IMG/VR virus record: IMGVR_UViG_3300035208_002255
Coordinates: 64,001 to 128,000 of that record
Length of the DNA: 64,000 nucleotides
Direction: 5' to 3' (one strand)
Origin: a virus
Lineage: Duplodnaviria > Heunggongvirae > Uroviricota > Caudoviricetes
Under the pieces are notes generated by a model. It made no database searches, was not told the origin of the DNA, and saw only the letters and a program-made list of their open reading frames with translations. This document shows positions 18,431 through 28,295 of this stretch, in pieces; the stretch's first letter is position 1; each line of letters starts with the position of its first letter. The position numbers were made by a program, and so were the translations under genes.

Positions 18431-18967
18431 TTATGTACCCAAATCTCTCGAAAAGTATGACCTCGGAACATTGAGAACAAGCCAGACATTATTCTTTGAA
18501 CGGAAGAATTTATGTCCTTCATTATGCATCTCAAGCGCACGAACTTTCAAGATTGCTGGCGTACCATGACGTGAACCAACATTAAGTGCGGTTTCCTTAT
18601 CTGCGCTGAGATGAACGTACAGCCTAGACATTGGGAGTAATCCATCTTTAAAGATGGCTCCCAATGATTTGGTTGCTGTACCATGCCATAAGAACTCTGG
18701 GGGCTCTAACTCTTCAAGTTCAACATCCACTTCAATGGAATGTCCTTGATTGGCTCGAATCTTCTTTCCATCTTCAGAATACGAGTATCGACCCTTGCTG
18801 TCGGTGCGCACAATCTCATTTAGATCATCTTTGGAGATTGGCATCTTCTCACATAGCTCGGCTACATTTGCCCATCCATGTTGATCTAAAACAATCCCAA
18901 TCTTCTTAGGATCATGCCTCAAAACAAGGGATAGGAACTTACTTTTTGTCGTCAGGTTGTTTGACAT
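18431..18967 (-). CDS. kptA: RNA 2'-phosphotransferase (Tpt1/KptA)
   Basis: SKFLSLVLRH, GWA, IRANQGHS, HGT, VHLS. Confidence 0.93.
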   Translation of the reverse strand: MSNNLTTKSKFLSLVLRHDPKKIGIVLDQHGWANVAELCEKMPISKDDLNEIVRTDSKGRYSYSEDGKKIRANQGHSIEVDVELEELEPPEFLWHGTATKSLGAIFKDGLLPMSRLYVHLSADKETALNVGSRHGTPAILKVRALEMHNEGHKFFRSKNNVWLVLNVPRSYFSRDLGT

Positions 18968-19047
18968 CTGTACTCATTTTTGGGAATGTCAACGATTATC
19001 ATTATAACTTTATACATAAACTGCCGACTTTCCACACTTCGAACCTG

Positions 19048-19518
19048 TTAATATTTAGTATTACAACCACTTTCACATGTTTGTAGTGCATTAGAGCATT
19101 CTGACATGCACGCGCCTTGATGATCACCAAACCTGCAAGGCGTCATACAAGAACTACGAAATTGATTACATCTATTAATACATTCTGATCTTTGTAGATT
19201 AAGTCCACTCCCATTAGATGGGCTGTCTGAACCGCTCCAAACTTTATTGCCATTACTATCGATAACATCGGAATGCGGATTCCAATTTTTCGGAGTCTTC
19301 GGAATGCACGTACTAAATGTTGGATCCCAATCTGGATGTGATGGCGTGCATCCTTGGGGATGTGCGTTTTCTTCAGTATTTTTTCGAGAAGAAATCAATG
19401 ATTCTACAAATTCTTTCGCATCTTTATCGACAGTAGAAGACTTCGGTTGATTATCACATGCAGTAATTAGTGTAATACCAAAAGATGTTACAAAAATCAG
19501 ACTTTTATAGTTATTCAT
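19048..19518 (-). CDS. Cys-rich putative lipoprotein
   Basis: Signal peptide ending ITAC; C-terminal Cys-rich domain. Confidence 0.65.
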   Translation of the reverse strand: MNNYKSLIFVTSFGITLITACDNQPKSSTVDKDAKEFVESLISSRKNTEENAHPQGCTPSHPDWDPTFSTCIPKTPKNWNPHSDVIDSNGNKVWSGSDSPSNGSGLNLQRSECINRCNQFRSSCMTPCRFGDHQGACMSECSNALQTCESGCNTKY

Positions 19519-19663
19519 TACTACTACCTTTTACTTCTAACGATGAACGGTCCATCCCCGGACATTGTTCACATGAAACAACTTTGGATGAGGAACTTGA
19601 ACACACTCATACCACATCTTTCCTGGTGGTGTCAACCAAAAACGACCTTCGTTATCTGGCCAA

Positions 19664-20023
19664 TTAGGCATTATTCAAACCAGCATAACGTTCATCAACG
19701 AGTTCAAATGAACTTTCATTCCATTCACTAACAATACATTTGCTAATCATAGTATCAGGGGTATTGGAGTGAGCTGCATTAACATCATTGATTGCAATTA
19801 ATTCATTGTCTTTTACCAAAGAAGATGATTGGATATCAGCACCAAATAATTTAGAAAACTTTAACTTGCTAAAAGTATTTGGGGACACAAAGAAATCTGT
19901 TGTGATATTTCCCCATCTGTCAACTAAGACTTTTGCCTCAATACAGACGACTAGAAAATGGGTTGACTTTGATTTTATTGTTTGGTTTTCTGTAAGATTG
20001 TTAATCAATTCGTAAATGTTCAT
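19664..20023 (-). CDS. hypothetical protein
   Basis: 119-aa ORF in the run. Confidence 0.55.
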   Translation of the reverse strand: MNIYELINNLTENQTIKSKSTHFLVVCIEAKVLVDRWGNITTDFFVSPNTFSKLKFSKLFGADIQSSSLVKDNELIAINDVNAAHSNTPDTMISKCIVSEWNESSFELVDERYAGLNNA

Positions 20024-20352
20024 TGTTTTTCCTTTAACTCTGAATGTTCATGGCAATACCCGGAGCCATCGACAGGAACATGTCTATTTGGCTCGTGAGC
20101 GCATCTTGCATCGTATCCTAAAACACTAAATCTTCCGCACGTCTTGCAATGCGGAATAGATTCATAGGCGGTGAAACCAGGAAAGTCACGAACAGAAATC
20201 TGAGTACTTTCGCGACCAGAATGATCTAGTTTGAAACCACGCGAAGCAAGACGTTGGATTCCTGATTGCTGAATGTATACAATTGGTAGTCTAGTCATCT
20301 TAGAACCTAAGTGTACATCTCTTCCAGATACCACAGCAAACTGTTCCTTCAA
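20020..20352 (-). CDS. hypothetical protein
   Basis: ORF with CxxC and C/H motifs; start uncertain. Confidence 0.5.
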   Translation of the reverse strand: MKEQFAVVSGRDVHLGSKMTRLPIVYIQQSGIQRLASRGFKLDHSGRESTQISVRDFPGFTAYESIPHCKTCGRFSVLGYDARCAHEPNRHVPVDGSGYCHEHSELKEKQ

Positions 20353-20539
20353 CCATCAATCCATTTGGATTTTTAGCACGAAACCCTGTGGCGAAGTTAT
20401 CATCTTCGGAGCAATCGAATGCAGCATATCCAGTGAACTGGATGTCTGTAAATCCTTGAGCAACCAAAGCTTTTCTAGAACTATCTTCATCAGTACAACT
20501 AACAGTGAAGATTGCTATTAACAGCCATAATGCTTTCAT
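20300..20539 (-). CDS. small putative lipoprotein
   Basis: Lipobox VSC; GFTDIQFTGY...GFRAKNPNG...GTVCCG. Confidence 0.7.
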   Translation of the reverse strand: MKALWLLIAIFTVSCTDEDSSRKALVAQGFTDIQFTGYAAFDCSEDDNFATGFRAKNPNGLMVEGTVCCGIWKRCTLRF

Positions 20540-20760
20540 ATTCTACCATGCCTTATCTTTGTTATCTTAAGAAGAGCTGCCGCCTTCTCTTCAAATGACA
20601 ATTGCTAATGTGTACCCATCTTTTTGGACTAGAAAAAGTTCCTCGACCAATTCAGCAATTATAGTGTTAAGATTTTCTGTTGATGTTATTGGTGTTGCTT
20701 CATCTCTAGAAACACTAACCATTTCAATGTTTGGATTGGTACCCAAATCTTTTTTAACAA

Positions 20761-21441
20761 TTACCAAAAAGTTCTTACAAATTTTAGAGTTACAGAAACT
20801 GTAACATTTGCTACACCAGATTTAACAGTTTCTGGAGTATCCAATTCATCTACATTCCACATCGGAGAGAACGTTTCTGCAATTGAAGTTTTTGAAAACT
20901 CTTGATTTTGATTCCCATCACGAATATCCCAAGATTCAAGAGTAAAATTACCATGATCAATGCCGGCCATTTTACATTGACCATCAAAGTTCTTTTTAGC
21001 TAAATTGAACGCAAGTTCCATTGCTTGTGTTTTTAGGTCAGTATCATTTTTGATAGAGAATACGGGAGAATCCATTTGAACATCATTGATTGATGTTAAT
21101 GCATCCATAACCTCGTTAACCTTAGACACATCATTAATCCTAAAGGTACAAGTATGAGTATACCTGTATCCAGTGGATTCATGTTTCCCGGTTTTTGAGT
21201 TGTATTCCTTCTCAGGATCAACTTCACTAGAAGTTTTATGAGACCCAGAGCACACAAATCCGAAAGATTTAACAACACTGTCAATCTCTAGAATCTTGGA
21301 TCTAATAGCTTTTTTACATTCGACCGTTGTAGGTTTTAGTACTGAAGTTTTAAGCCTAAAAGTACAGCGGTCAAAAGCAGCATTAACTTGTCCAACAGCA
21401 GTGATATTAATTGTTGAATGATACGTTGTCATAAAACTCAC
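20761..21441 (-). CDS. SIMPL (DUF541) domain protein
   Basis: INITAVGQVNAAFD, GYRYTH, F..KND..LKTQAMELA, VSVTLKF. Confidence 0.75.
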   Translation of the reverse strand: MSFMTTYHSTINITAVGQVNAAFDRCTFRLKTSVLKPTTVECKKAIRSKILEIDSVVKSFGFVCSGSHKTSSEVDPEKEYNSKTGKHESTGYRYTHTCTFRINDVSKVNEVMDALTSINDVQMDSPVFSIKNDTDLKTQAMELAFNLAKKNFDGQCKMAGIDHGNFTLESWDIRDGNQNQEFSKTSIAETFSPMWNVDELDTPETVKSGVANVTVSVTLKFVRTFW

Positions 21442-22571
21442 TTTGCAAAAGGTCTACATACAAGAGATTTTAATCCATAAAATCTAAGTTTGATTGTTCT
21501 TTTACTCTTAGGGAGATCGCTAAGCTTCCGAATTACTTTTGCATTAGAACACATCATCAACTCACGCTGTTGGCAATTCCACTCATTCAAAGCTTGCTCT
21601 TTAGCCTCGCTTCTGGATTCGGTATAATCGCCAATGCGATCAAAGAGATAATCAAAAATCTTTTCAAACTTGATGAAGTTGCCGATAAAGAAAACAAAAG
21701 AAAAGGCCAATCCAATTACGCACAACACTGGTATAAATACAGCGAAACAAAGCGCTGTCAAAATTGGATTAAAATTGGCAATAAGACCAAATGCAGCTCC
21801 AATTAATGCAAGAGGCACCATTGGTACAAACATAAACCTACCAATGTTTGGTAGCTTTTTTATAGTGAAGTAAGAACCACTGATTTCAGTCACAATATCA
21901 GTTGTGCTGTAATACAAAGGTTTAAAAATAGGAGCCCATCCAATACCCTTACAACCAATGCTCAAACAAGCAAGTGCAGCTATTATTCTGGAGAGAAACA
22001 GTACCAAGAAAAGTATTGGCTGAATTGAGTACGCGAACATTCTTCGTCTGCGGAATTCGCATTGGTCTACAGCTTTATTCCTCCAGAGCCAATTGACCCA
22101 AACCTTTTCAATCTCCAAAGGCTCTTTCGCAAAACAATCCTTTGGAAGATCAATTTGAATGTCATCACATTCAGCACCTCCGCTAAATAGTCTGTAATTC
22201 CAAGTATCAATTTTTTCGGGTTCAGTCCATCGTGTCGGAAAACTAATAACACTACTTACCCATTGACCATTATCCCTACTCATCCAATGAGTAATCCGAT
22301 CGTGATTGGGGGTAATAGTGGCAAAGATGCGATTGATACCTGGGCGAAAGAAAGTAACGTAAGCCATCATTTCTGATAGCTTACAACATCCTCGCCACTC
22401 TGCATTTTCTCCGCCAGGTTGAGGTTGACATGTGGAGAATAATACCCAGTATTGGCTGATATCATGATTATCAAGCCATTCAGGACTCAAACACCACGTT
22501 ACAGGAACAGATCCTCCATCAACATCAATCTCTGTAAGTTTCAGTGTGAAGATTTTGTCTGTATTTTCCAT
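21438..22571 (-). CDS. hypothetical membrane protein
   Basis: 377 aa with several hydrophobic segments. Confidence 0.7.
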   Translation of the reverse strand: MENTDKIFTLKLTEIDVDGGSVPVTWCLSPEWLDNHDISQYWVLFSTCQPQPGGENAEWRGCCKLSEMMAYVTFFRPGINRIFATITPNHDRITHWMSRDNGQWVSSVISFPTRWTEPEKIDTWNYRLFSGGAECDDIQIDLPKDCFAKEPLEIEKVWVNWLWRNKAVDQCEFRRRRMFAYSIQPILFLVLFLSRIIAALACLSIGCKGIGWAPIFKPLYYSTTDIVTEISGSYFTIKKLPNIGRFMFVPMVPLALIGAAFGLIANFNPILTALCFAVFIPVLCVIGLAFSFVFFIGNFIKFEKIFDYLFDRIGDYTESRSEAKEQALNEWNCQQRELMMCSNAKVIRKLSDLPKSKRTIKLRFYGLKSLVCRPFAK

Positions 22572-22645
22572 TTAACTGCACATCTTATAGATGAAGATAC
22601 AAAAAATAACCAAAGACCCAATGGTACAAAAAGATTCTGCCCATG

Positions 22646-23005
22646 TCATCTTGGACTCCAAATAATTTTCAGGTCATCAGTTTCTACAGAAAGGTTCGTT
22701 GAGCAAAGGGTTGAACTTATCCGCGAACCTGCATTATCAGAATGAGATCCGGAATAAATATGAATGTCATCTTTGGTAAGTTGTGATAGAGGTATATCTA
22801 TATCTCTGTACCACCCAACTGAAACAGTCTCGTGCTCTTCTATATTATCCAAGATACCATTATAGAAAGTACCGGGACCGAACTCAAATCCTAGAGCTAC
22901 ATCTCCAAGAGCATTACGAAGTTTTCCCTCTGTTAACTCCCCTTTACATATGATTACAAATGAGGAAGAGCTAGAATTGCTTACAAAACCTGTACGAATT
23001 TTCAT
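22646..23005 (-). CDS. FVSNSS-tag family protein
   Basis: MKIRTGFVSNSSSSSFVIICK. Confidence 0.85.
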   Translation of the reverse strand: MKIRTGFVSNSSSSSFVIICKGELTEGKLRNALGDVALGFEFGPGTFYNGILDNIEEHETVSVGWYRDIDIPLSQLTKDDIHIYSGSHSDNAGSRISSTLCSTNLSVETDDLKIIWSPR

Positions 23006-23007
23006 TG

Positions 23008-23262
23008 CTATTCCTTAATGGTAAAGTGTGGCTGCATCTGAACATCAACAACTTTCATTGTTGTCTGTTCTCCGTATTGAGAGTTTATGAACAACGGAAT
23101 CTGTTCATCCATTAAGGTTTCTTCCAGCCATACACTAATCTGTTTCAAAGCTGTTTCGTTGCTACTTTTACTTCCGTAGTCTTTGAAACGAACTCTAACA
23201 GTAATATTCGCCTGAACTTCAACTTCACCATCAGACACGGAAACCTCCAAAATCGTCAACAA
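23008..23262 (-). CDS. hypothetical protein
   Basis: 84-aa ORF abutting the downstream gene. Confidence 0.5.
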   Translation of the reverse strand: MLTILEVSVSDGEVEVQANITVRVRFKDYGSKSSNETALKQISVWLEETLMDEQIPLFINSQYGEQTTMKVVDVQMQPHFTIKE

Positions 23263-23848
23263 CAGAAATTAGTTCATCAACATTCCCACAATGAAAGATT
23301 CTGCTATCATCAACGGACATCTTTTTCTCTGGGGGTTGCCAAAGAACGGGAACTTTAAGGCCGCTGTCAGACCATCGATCAGCCCACTTAATAACATTAC
23401 CAGGCTTGTCATCAATAAGCATTGTACCTTCTATTGTATGTTTCTTGTACGCTAAGATGATATCTTCTCTTGAGAACCCGGCCTTATCCATGAGCCATCT
23501 GATTCTCTCATCTGCGTAGTACCCAGGAATGGTTTTTTCATCTGGTGTACCAAAATCGGTAGTATTAACAACAATAGAAGTTACACAAATAACCTCTCCG
23601 CGAGCGCGAAGCTTGGTTAGCAACTCATCTGTGTAATCATATTTTTCTAAATTGTATATCAGTCCTGGGTTTCCAAGAATGTATGACCAGATACGATCTT
23701 TGTTCGCAACAATCTCGGGATAATTGAAAATATCCCAGTGTTCACCATCAAAAATAGGAGCTTGGATTCCAAAATGGTCAAAGCATACCTTTGCAAACAT
23801 TTTGGACCACTGAGCCATTACACCATCACAATCAATCAGAAATCGCAT
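23231..23848 (-). CDS. 5'(3')-deoxyribonucleotidase-like HAD hydrolase
   Basis: MRFLIDCDGV (DxD), LIDDKP; likely start 23848. Confidence 0.82.
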   Translation of the reverse strand: MRFLIDCDGVMAQWSKMFAKVCFDHFGIQAPIFDGEHWDIFNYPEIVANKDRIWSYILGNPGLIYNLEKYDYTDELLTKLRARGEVICVTSIVVNTTDFGTPDEKTIPGYYADERIRWLMDKAGFSREDIILAYKKHTIEGTMLIDDKPGNVIKWADRWSDSGLKVPVLWQPPEKKMSVDDSRIFHCGNVDELISVVDDFGGFRV

Positions 23849-24224
23849 AAATTCTCCTGTCTGAATTCGTGGCGCGAATGTCCTCAAGGGACAGGTTTCG
23901 ACGCATGCCTGTGGGAAGAACGTCACATTCGCCGTATCTCAAAAACCAACAAATAGAACCATTAACATAACTCGGAGTTACACTGACATTCACAAACTTT
24001 TTAGAGTTTTGATATTTAATGTCGTATTGGCAAAACCCAAGATTCTCAATCTGCTTTTTCATTAAAGTATATTTGGTTCTGAACAACTCTTTTTTGTATC
24101 CAGGTCCTTCAAAGGAACAGATATACATTTTATCAACTTTACTCCACCGAACAACAGCTTTATGCCAAGGTTTAATGATTAATGGTAATGCTGAAATGTT
24201 TGGGTTTACTTTTCTAACATTCAT
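23832..24224 (-). CDS. hypothetical protein
   Basis: 130-aa ORF. Confidence 0.5.
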   Translation of the reverse strand: MNVRKVNPNISALPLIIKPWHKAVVRWSKVDKMYICSFEGPGYKKELFRTKYTLMKKQIENLGFCQYDIKYQNSKKFVNVSVTPSYVNGSICWFLRYGECDVLPTGMRRNLSLEDIRATNSDRRIYAISD

Positions 24225-24228
24225 CGTT

Positions 24229-24723
24229 TCACCAATACGGATCTTTCTTATCGTTGTGGTATATTGAAGCCCAATCCTTCTCGTCCGGAAAGTAAACCGA
24301 ATTCCATCTCTTCGTTCTTCTATTCGGAGAAGAGTTGCATATTTTCAATCCACCAAATCCAAGTGACTTGGCTTTGTTAATGGCATCTAACTTACTATTG
24401 AACGTTCCAAGAATTTGACGCCAAGTTCTTGGTGTAGGTAAACCCATAGCTAAAATCCAACGTTTGGAACCTTTAATATCTTCGATATACAGAAGAGCAA
24501 AGTACCTTTTCTGAATCAGAACAATAGGTTCGCTAACTGCAATCATAGGATTAGTCTTAATTACATTTCCAAATAGATCAACCATGCTTCCGAACTTTTT
24601 TACGAGACCAAGTCTTGCATCAAAAGTCTTCACACGTATCAACAGTGTCGTCTTTTCTAAGATGACGAAGAGGACGAAGAGGACGAAGAGAAAACCGTGA
24701 AGCCTCTCGATGTCCCGGATCAA
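24229..24723 (-). CDS. hypothetical protein (start uncertain)
   Basis: 164-aa ORF; 5' part contains a 9-bp x3 repeat. Confidence 0.45.
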   Translation of the reverse strand: MIRDIERLHGFLFVLFVLFVILEKTTLLIRVKTFDARLGLVKKFGSMVDLFGNVIKTNPMIAVSEPIVLIQKRYFALLYIEDIKGSKRWILAMGLPTPRTWRQILGTFNSKLDAINKAKSLGFGGLKICNSSPNRRTKRWNSVYFPDEKDWASIYHNDKKDPYW

Positions 24724-24791
24724 CTGGAATAGGATTAAGATTCACTCGTTGAACTATTCGGTATTCAACCACTGGATATTTGATATCCATA

Positions 24792-24956
24792 TCAATCCTT
24801 AATTTGTGATGTAATCCACATAGCAGGTTTAACAACCAGTATTCCAATTAGAACTGATTCAAATATTGTTGGATTACGACCCATAATCAAAAGAATACCT
24901 AGGTTTCCACCTATACACAAAGAAAACAACACAGACCAATAGATAATTGATTTCAT
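24792..24956 (-). CDS. small membrane protein
   Basis: Manual translation MKSIIYWSVLFSLCIGGNLGILLIMG...QIKD (54 aa), RBS AGGAG. Confidence 0.55.
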   Translation of the reverse strand: MKSIIYWSVLFSLCIGGNLGILLIMGRNPTIFESVLIGILVVKPAMWITSQIKD

Positions 24957-24968
24957 TTATCACAACTC

Positions 24969-25136
24969 CTATTTTCCAATTTTGGATACATAAAAAAAAC
25001 CAACAGCACCACTGAGGCCTAATAATATGGAAAAATGTATCTGTCCAAAAAGAACATACAAAAGTGCATGTATTGGTATTGTGATGCTTAAAATTAAGAA
25101 GAAAAGAAGTGTTATCTTTATTACAGATGATTTCAT
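24969..25136 (-). CDS. small membrane protein
   Basis: Manual translation MKSSVIKITLLFFLILSITIPIHALLYVLFG...IGK (55 aa), ATGA overlap with PNKP stop. Confidence 0.55.
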   Translation of the reverse strand: MKSSVIKITLLFFLILSITIPIHALLYVLFGQIHFSILLGLSGAVGFFYVSKIGK

Positions 25137-26080
25137 TTGAAAAACTCCGCAGCATCACAGTACTGAAAACCACAACGCTCAGCAAAAGTTTTGTCGGTTT
25201 TCATATCCCCAACCATAATGCATTCTTTGGGATTGAGCTTATATCTCTCAATGAAATCAATACCCATTCCAGGCATTGGCTTTCTTAACCAAGATGTAAT
25301 TGGAGGAACATTAGAGTCATCATACCGATAGTCTATCGGTACTCCAAGATCGGTACATACGGAATCAAAACATGCAACACAATCTTTATGAGTTAGATCA
25401 CCTTTAGCAATACCACTTTGATTTGATGCGCCAAGCAAATGATAACCTTTAGCTTGCCAAGCTTTCAATACCTCAGCGCGGCCAGGTAGAATCCTTTGCT
25501 CAGAAACCTTTGTTGGATACTTTCCATTTCCTCCAACTGTCTCTCGAAGTGTTCCATCGAAGTCTAGAATAAGAGCCTTGTTCTTGTACTCCGGTCCCCA
25601 AACTCGAACGAAAGGAACCTTTGTAACACTAACAAATCCCTCTTCTTTCTTTGGTAACACAAGCTTGTTTCGCCAAGAGAAAAAGACGGAAGGAGGGAAA
25701 GTGTTAGGGTCGTTCTTGATAATAGGATCGTTGAACTCAGAAGGTTCAAGTACATGACCGTACCTCTGATACATTCTTCGACAAGCATTTACCTGACAAT
25801 CTTCCGAGGAAGTATTCACCCATAGCATTTCTACGGGCACATTGCCAGCGCTTTTTGCTGCATCAACGAAAACTTTGCGGTCCTCCAGAGTACAGAATAG
25901 ATTGTCTGAAATAACACTTTTGCCTTCAGCTAACGCTTCCAGCATCAGTGGAATAAGCTTTGTAATCTTACCACCAATAAGATCACGATTCAGTCGGACA
26001 AAATCTTTGTACTCAGGACTTTGAACATATGAACTCTTTCCGGCACCTGGCAACCCACCAACAAGAACGACCTTTTGCAT
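25133..26080 (-). CDS. Polynucleotide kinase / HAD phosphatase (PNKP-like)
   Basis: P-loop GGLPGAGKS; C-terminal LDFDGTL, SNQSGIA, RKPMPGM, MVGD. Confidence 0.85.
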   Translation of the reverse strand: MQKVVLVGGLPGAGKSSYVQSPEYKDFVRLNRDLIGGKITKLIPLMLEALAEGKSVISDNLFCTLEDRKVFVDAAKSAGNVPVEMLWVNTSSEDCQVNACRRMYQRYGHVLEPSEFNDPIIKNDPNTFPPSVFFSWRNKLVLPKKEEGFVSVTKVPFVRVWGPEYKNKALILDFDGTLRETVGGNGKYPTKVSEQRILPGRAEVLKAWQAKGYHLLGASNQSGIAKGDLTHKDCVACFDSVCTDLGVPIDYRYDDSNVPPITSWLRKPMPGMGIDFIERYKLNPKECIMVGDMKTDKTFAERCGFQYCDAAEFFK

Positions 26081-26457
26081 TAGTATCCACCTTCACATTT
26101 TAACTCAAAGTCATCAGTATTTATACTGATACCATTCATACAAAGGAATGCTTCTACACTATTACTGCTATCATCACCGAAATATCCGGTGTATACATGA
26201 AGACCTTTCTCGATGTTCTTAAGTAATCCTTGGGAATAACTACAACCATCACTGGCTTCTTCTTTTAGCTCTTCAATGTCAGGACTCTCTGCATTACCAA
26301 AAATACATTTACAAATGTTCTTTGACATTTTGTAAAGAGGATGATTCTCTGGAACATTAATAGCTTCCCAAATCATTTCCTCTGTTAGCTCTTTCTTAGA
26401 GATTACGGTGAAAGAACTAGAAGATGAGTTACTAACAAAACCTGTTCGGATTTTCAT
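26080..26457 (-). CDS. FVSNSS-tag family protein
   Basis: MKIRTGFVSNSSSSSFTVISK. Confidence 0.85.
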   Translation of the reverse strand: MKIRTGFVSNSSSSSFTVISKKELTEEMIWEAINVPENHPLYKMSKNICKCIFGNAESPDIEELKEEASDGCSYSQGLLKNIEKGLHVYTGYFGDDSSNSVEAFLCMNGISINTDDFELKCEGGY

Positions 26458-26466
26458 TATTCAACC

Positions 26467-26922
26467 TCATTCGTAGCAGTTGTGAGAGTACTCGCCGCCA
26501 AGGATAATTGGAACAATATCCGTTCCCATTAGACTGATAAACCTATTTTTGACTTCAGAGATTTTATCATAGTCTAATTTTTGGATATCGATCCCTGCAC
26601 AAGAACCAAAACTCGTTCCGCAATGGAATTCCAAACCAAGTGATTCTATCAAGTTTTTAATTGAAACCCATGGCTTGTGACGATCTACCTTGGTAATAAT
26701 TTCAGAACCACACCTAGGACAGAACTTTGGCTCTTCAGAACGTAGAGATGGGGTATATCGGTAATCACACTTAGAACACCCCAAATACTCTGTTTCTTCT
26801 AGATCTGAATCTGCAGTAGCTTGTTGTATGAACTTGTTCTTTAACTCATCCGTAACAATAAACCCAAGGATACAGAATGAAGATGAACTAGAGTTACTAA
26901 CAAAACCTGTTCTGATTTTCAT
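26467..26922 (-). CDS. FVSNSS-tag family protein with zinc ribbon
   Basis: Tag plus CSKC...CPRC. Confidence 0.85.
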   Translation of the reverse strand: MKIRTGFVSNSSSSSFCILGFIVTDELKNKFIQQATADSDLEETEYLGCSKCDYRYTPSLRSEEPKFCPRCGSEIITKVDRHKPWVSIKNLIESLGLEFHCGTSFGSCAGIDIQKLDYDKISEVKNRFISLMGTDIVPIILGGEYSHNCYE

Positions 26923-26928
26923 AATACC

Positions 26929-27369
26929 TCAGCAGGCGTACTCGCCAACCATAACTGAAAAATGTATGTCACCAAAAATGGCAACAAGCTTTTTATGTAA
27001 TTCGATGATGCCTTCTGGGGACAGATCTTTAACCGAACATCCAGCAATTGAGCCGTAATCAGTTTTATCAAAATAATCCATTCCAGGAACTAAACTTTCA
27101 AAAAGTTCCCAATTAGAGATTTCTTTAGGTTTAGAAATCACAGACATTTCTGTCCCACATTTCCCGCAGAATTGGGCCTTTTTCGTGTACATGCTATTAC
27201 TTCTGCCAACAACATAATCACACTTTGTACACCCCCACCAATCCTCAGTTAGGTCGTTAGCATTGGCATGTTTCTTGGCGATTGCTCTGGTTTCATCAGT
27301 AACCTCAAAACCAAGAATTGCAAACGAACTTGAACTTGAATTAGATACGAAACCTGTTCTGATTTTCAT
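26929..27369 (-). CDS. FVSNSS-tag family protein with zinc ribbon
   Basis: Tag plus CTKC...CGKC. Confidence 0.85.
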   Translation of the reverse strand: MKIRTGFVSNSSSSSFAILGFEVTDETRAIAKKHANANDLTEDWWGCTKCDYVVGRSNSMYTKKAQFCGKCGTEMSVISKPKEISNWELFESLVPGMDYFDKTDYGSIAGCSVKDLSPEGIIELHKKLVAIFGDIHFSVMVGEYAC

Positions 27370-27375
27370 AAAACC

Positions 27376-27474
27376 TCAGTGATCATACTCACCAGACATG
27401 AGTATAACTTCAATGTTTTTACCAAAGAGTTTAAAGAGCTTATCTTGCCTTCCGCATGAAAACCGGTAATCTCA
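27376..27474 (-). pseudogene. C-terminal remnant of an FVSNSS-tag paralogue
   Basis: Two frames give DEITGFHAEGK and DKLFKLFGKNIEVILMSGEYDH*, matching paralogue C-termini. Confidence 0.7.
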
Positions 27475-27912
27475 TCATCCATATTCACCAGATAGAATTA
27501 CCGGAGCACAACCGTCACCAAACAGTTCAACGATTTTTGTATGAAGCTGGATAACCTCATTCAAAGTCTTGTGCTCGATGTCCAAACCACAGACCTCATC
27601 ATAGTCGTGGGAGTCATAGAAATCAAGACCAACGGCCGCGTACCTCTCACTATCACTTTCCCACTCATACTCTATAGTACGAGTCTTTGATTCCATGGGT
27701 TGACCACATTCTGAACAGAACTTCGGGAATCCATTATCAGCTTCGTGTTCACACTTTGAACACCCCCAATATTCCTCCGTTTCATCTTCTTCATCAAGTG
27801 TCTCTTTGGCTAGTTTATAGATCTTTTCACGAATCTTTTCAGTGACTACAAAGCCAATGATTGCAAAAGAACTAGAACTTGAGTTGGATACAAAACCTGT
27901 ACGAACTTTCAT
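27475..27912 (-). CDS. FVSNSS-tag family protein with zinc ribbon
   Basis: MKVRTGFVSNSSSSSF from ATG 27912; CSKC...CSEC. Confidence 0.85.
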   Translation of the reverse strand: MKVRTGFVSNSSSSSFAIIGFVVTEKIREKIYKLAKETLDEEDETEEYWGCSKCEHEADNGFPKFCSECGQPMESKTRTIEYEWESDSERYAAVGLDFYDSHDYDEVCGLDIEHKTLNEVIQLHTKIVELFGDGCAPVILSGEYG

Positions 27913-27920
27913 GGTAAACC

Positions 27921-28289
27921 TCAATCTGCGCAATCAATTACTTGGTTTATATGTTTACAATCAGGTCCAAGAATGGACATAACTCTGGTTCTGAACTCAT
28001 CAAAAGTTGATGAACCTTCGACATCTCCATAATCACCACCACAATAGATGGTATTAGATTCACCACCATATCTGATGATTAAGTTATGCTTTTCCCCAAT
28101 CTGGATAAGAAACTTATCCAGTTCCCAATCATTATCCTCGAAATCTTTAATACGATCTTCATATCCTAGGTTCTCAAGAATTAGATTAAAAGCATCAACA
28201 TCTTTAGATTTGTCCAAACGGAAATATCTTCCAAATGCACAAAATGAAGATGAACTTGAGTTAGATACAAAGCCTGTTCTGATTTTCAT
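27921..28289 (-). CDS. FVSNSS-tag family protein
   Basis: MKIRTGFVSNSSSSSFCAFG. Confidence 0.85.
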   Translation of the reverse strand: MKIRTGFVSNSSSSSFCAFGRYFRLDKSKDVDAFNLILENLGYEDRIKDFEDNDWELDKFLIQIGEKHNLIIRYGGESNTIYCGGDYGDVEGSSTFDEFRTRVMSILGPDCKHINQVIDCAD

Positions 28290-28295
28290 AAAACC

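Noticed and set aside
24661-24690. Plus-strand acidic DEE-repeat protein
   Set aside because: An in-frame TAA lies directly upstream and there is no start codon.
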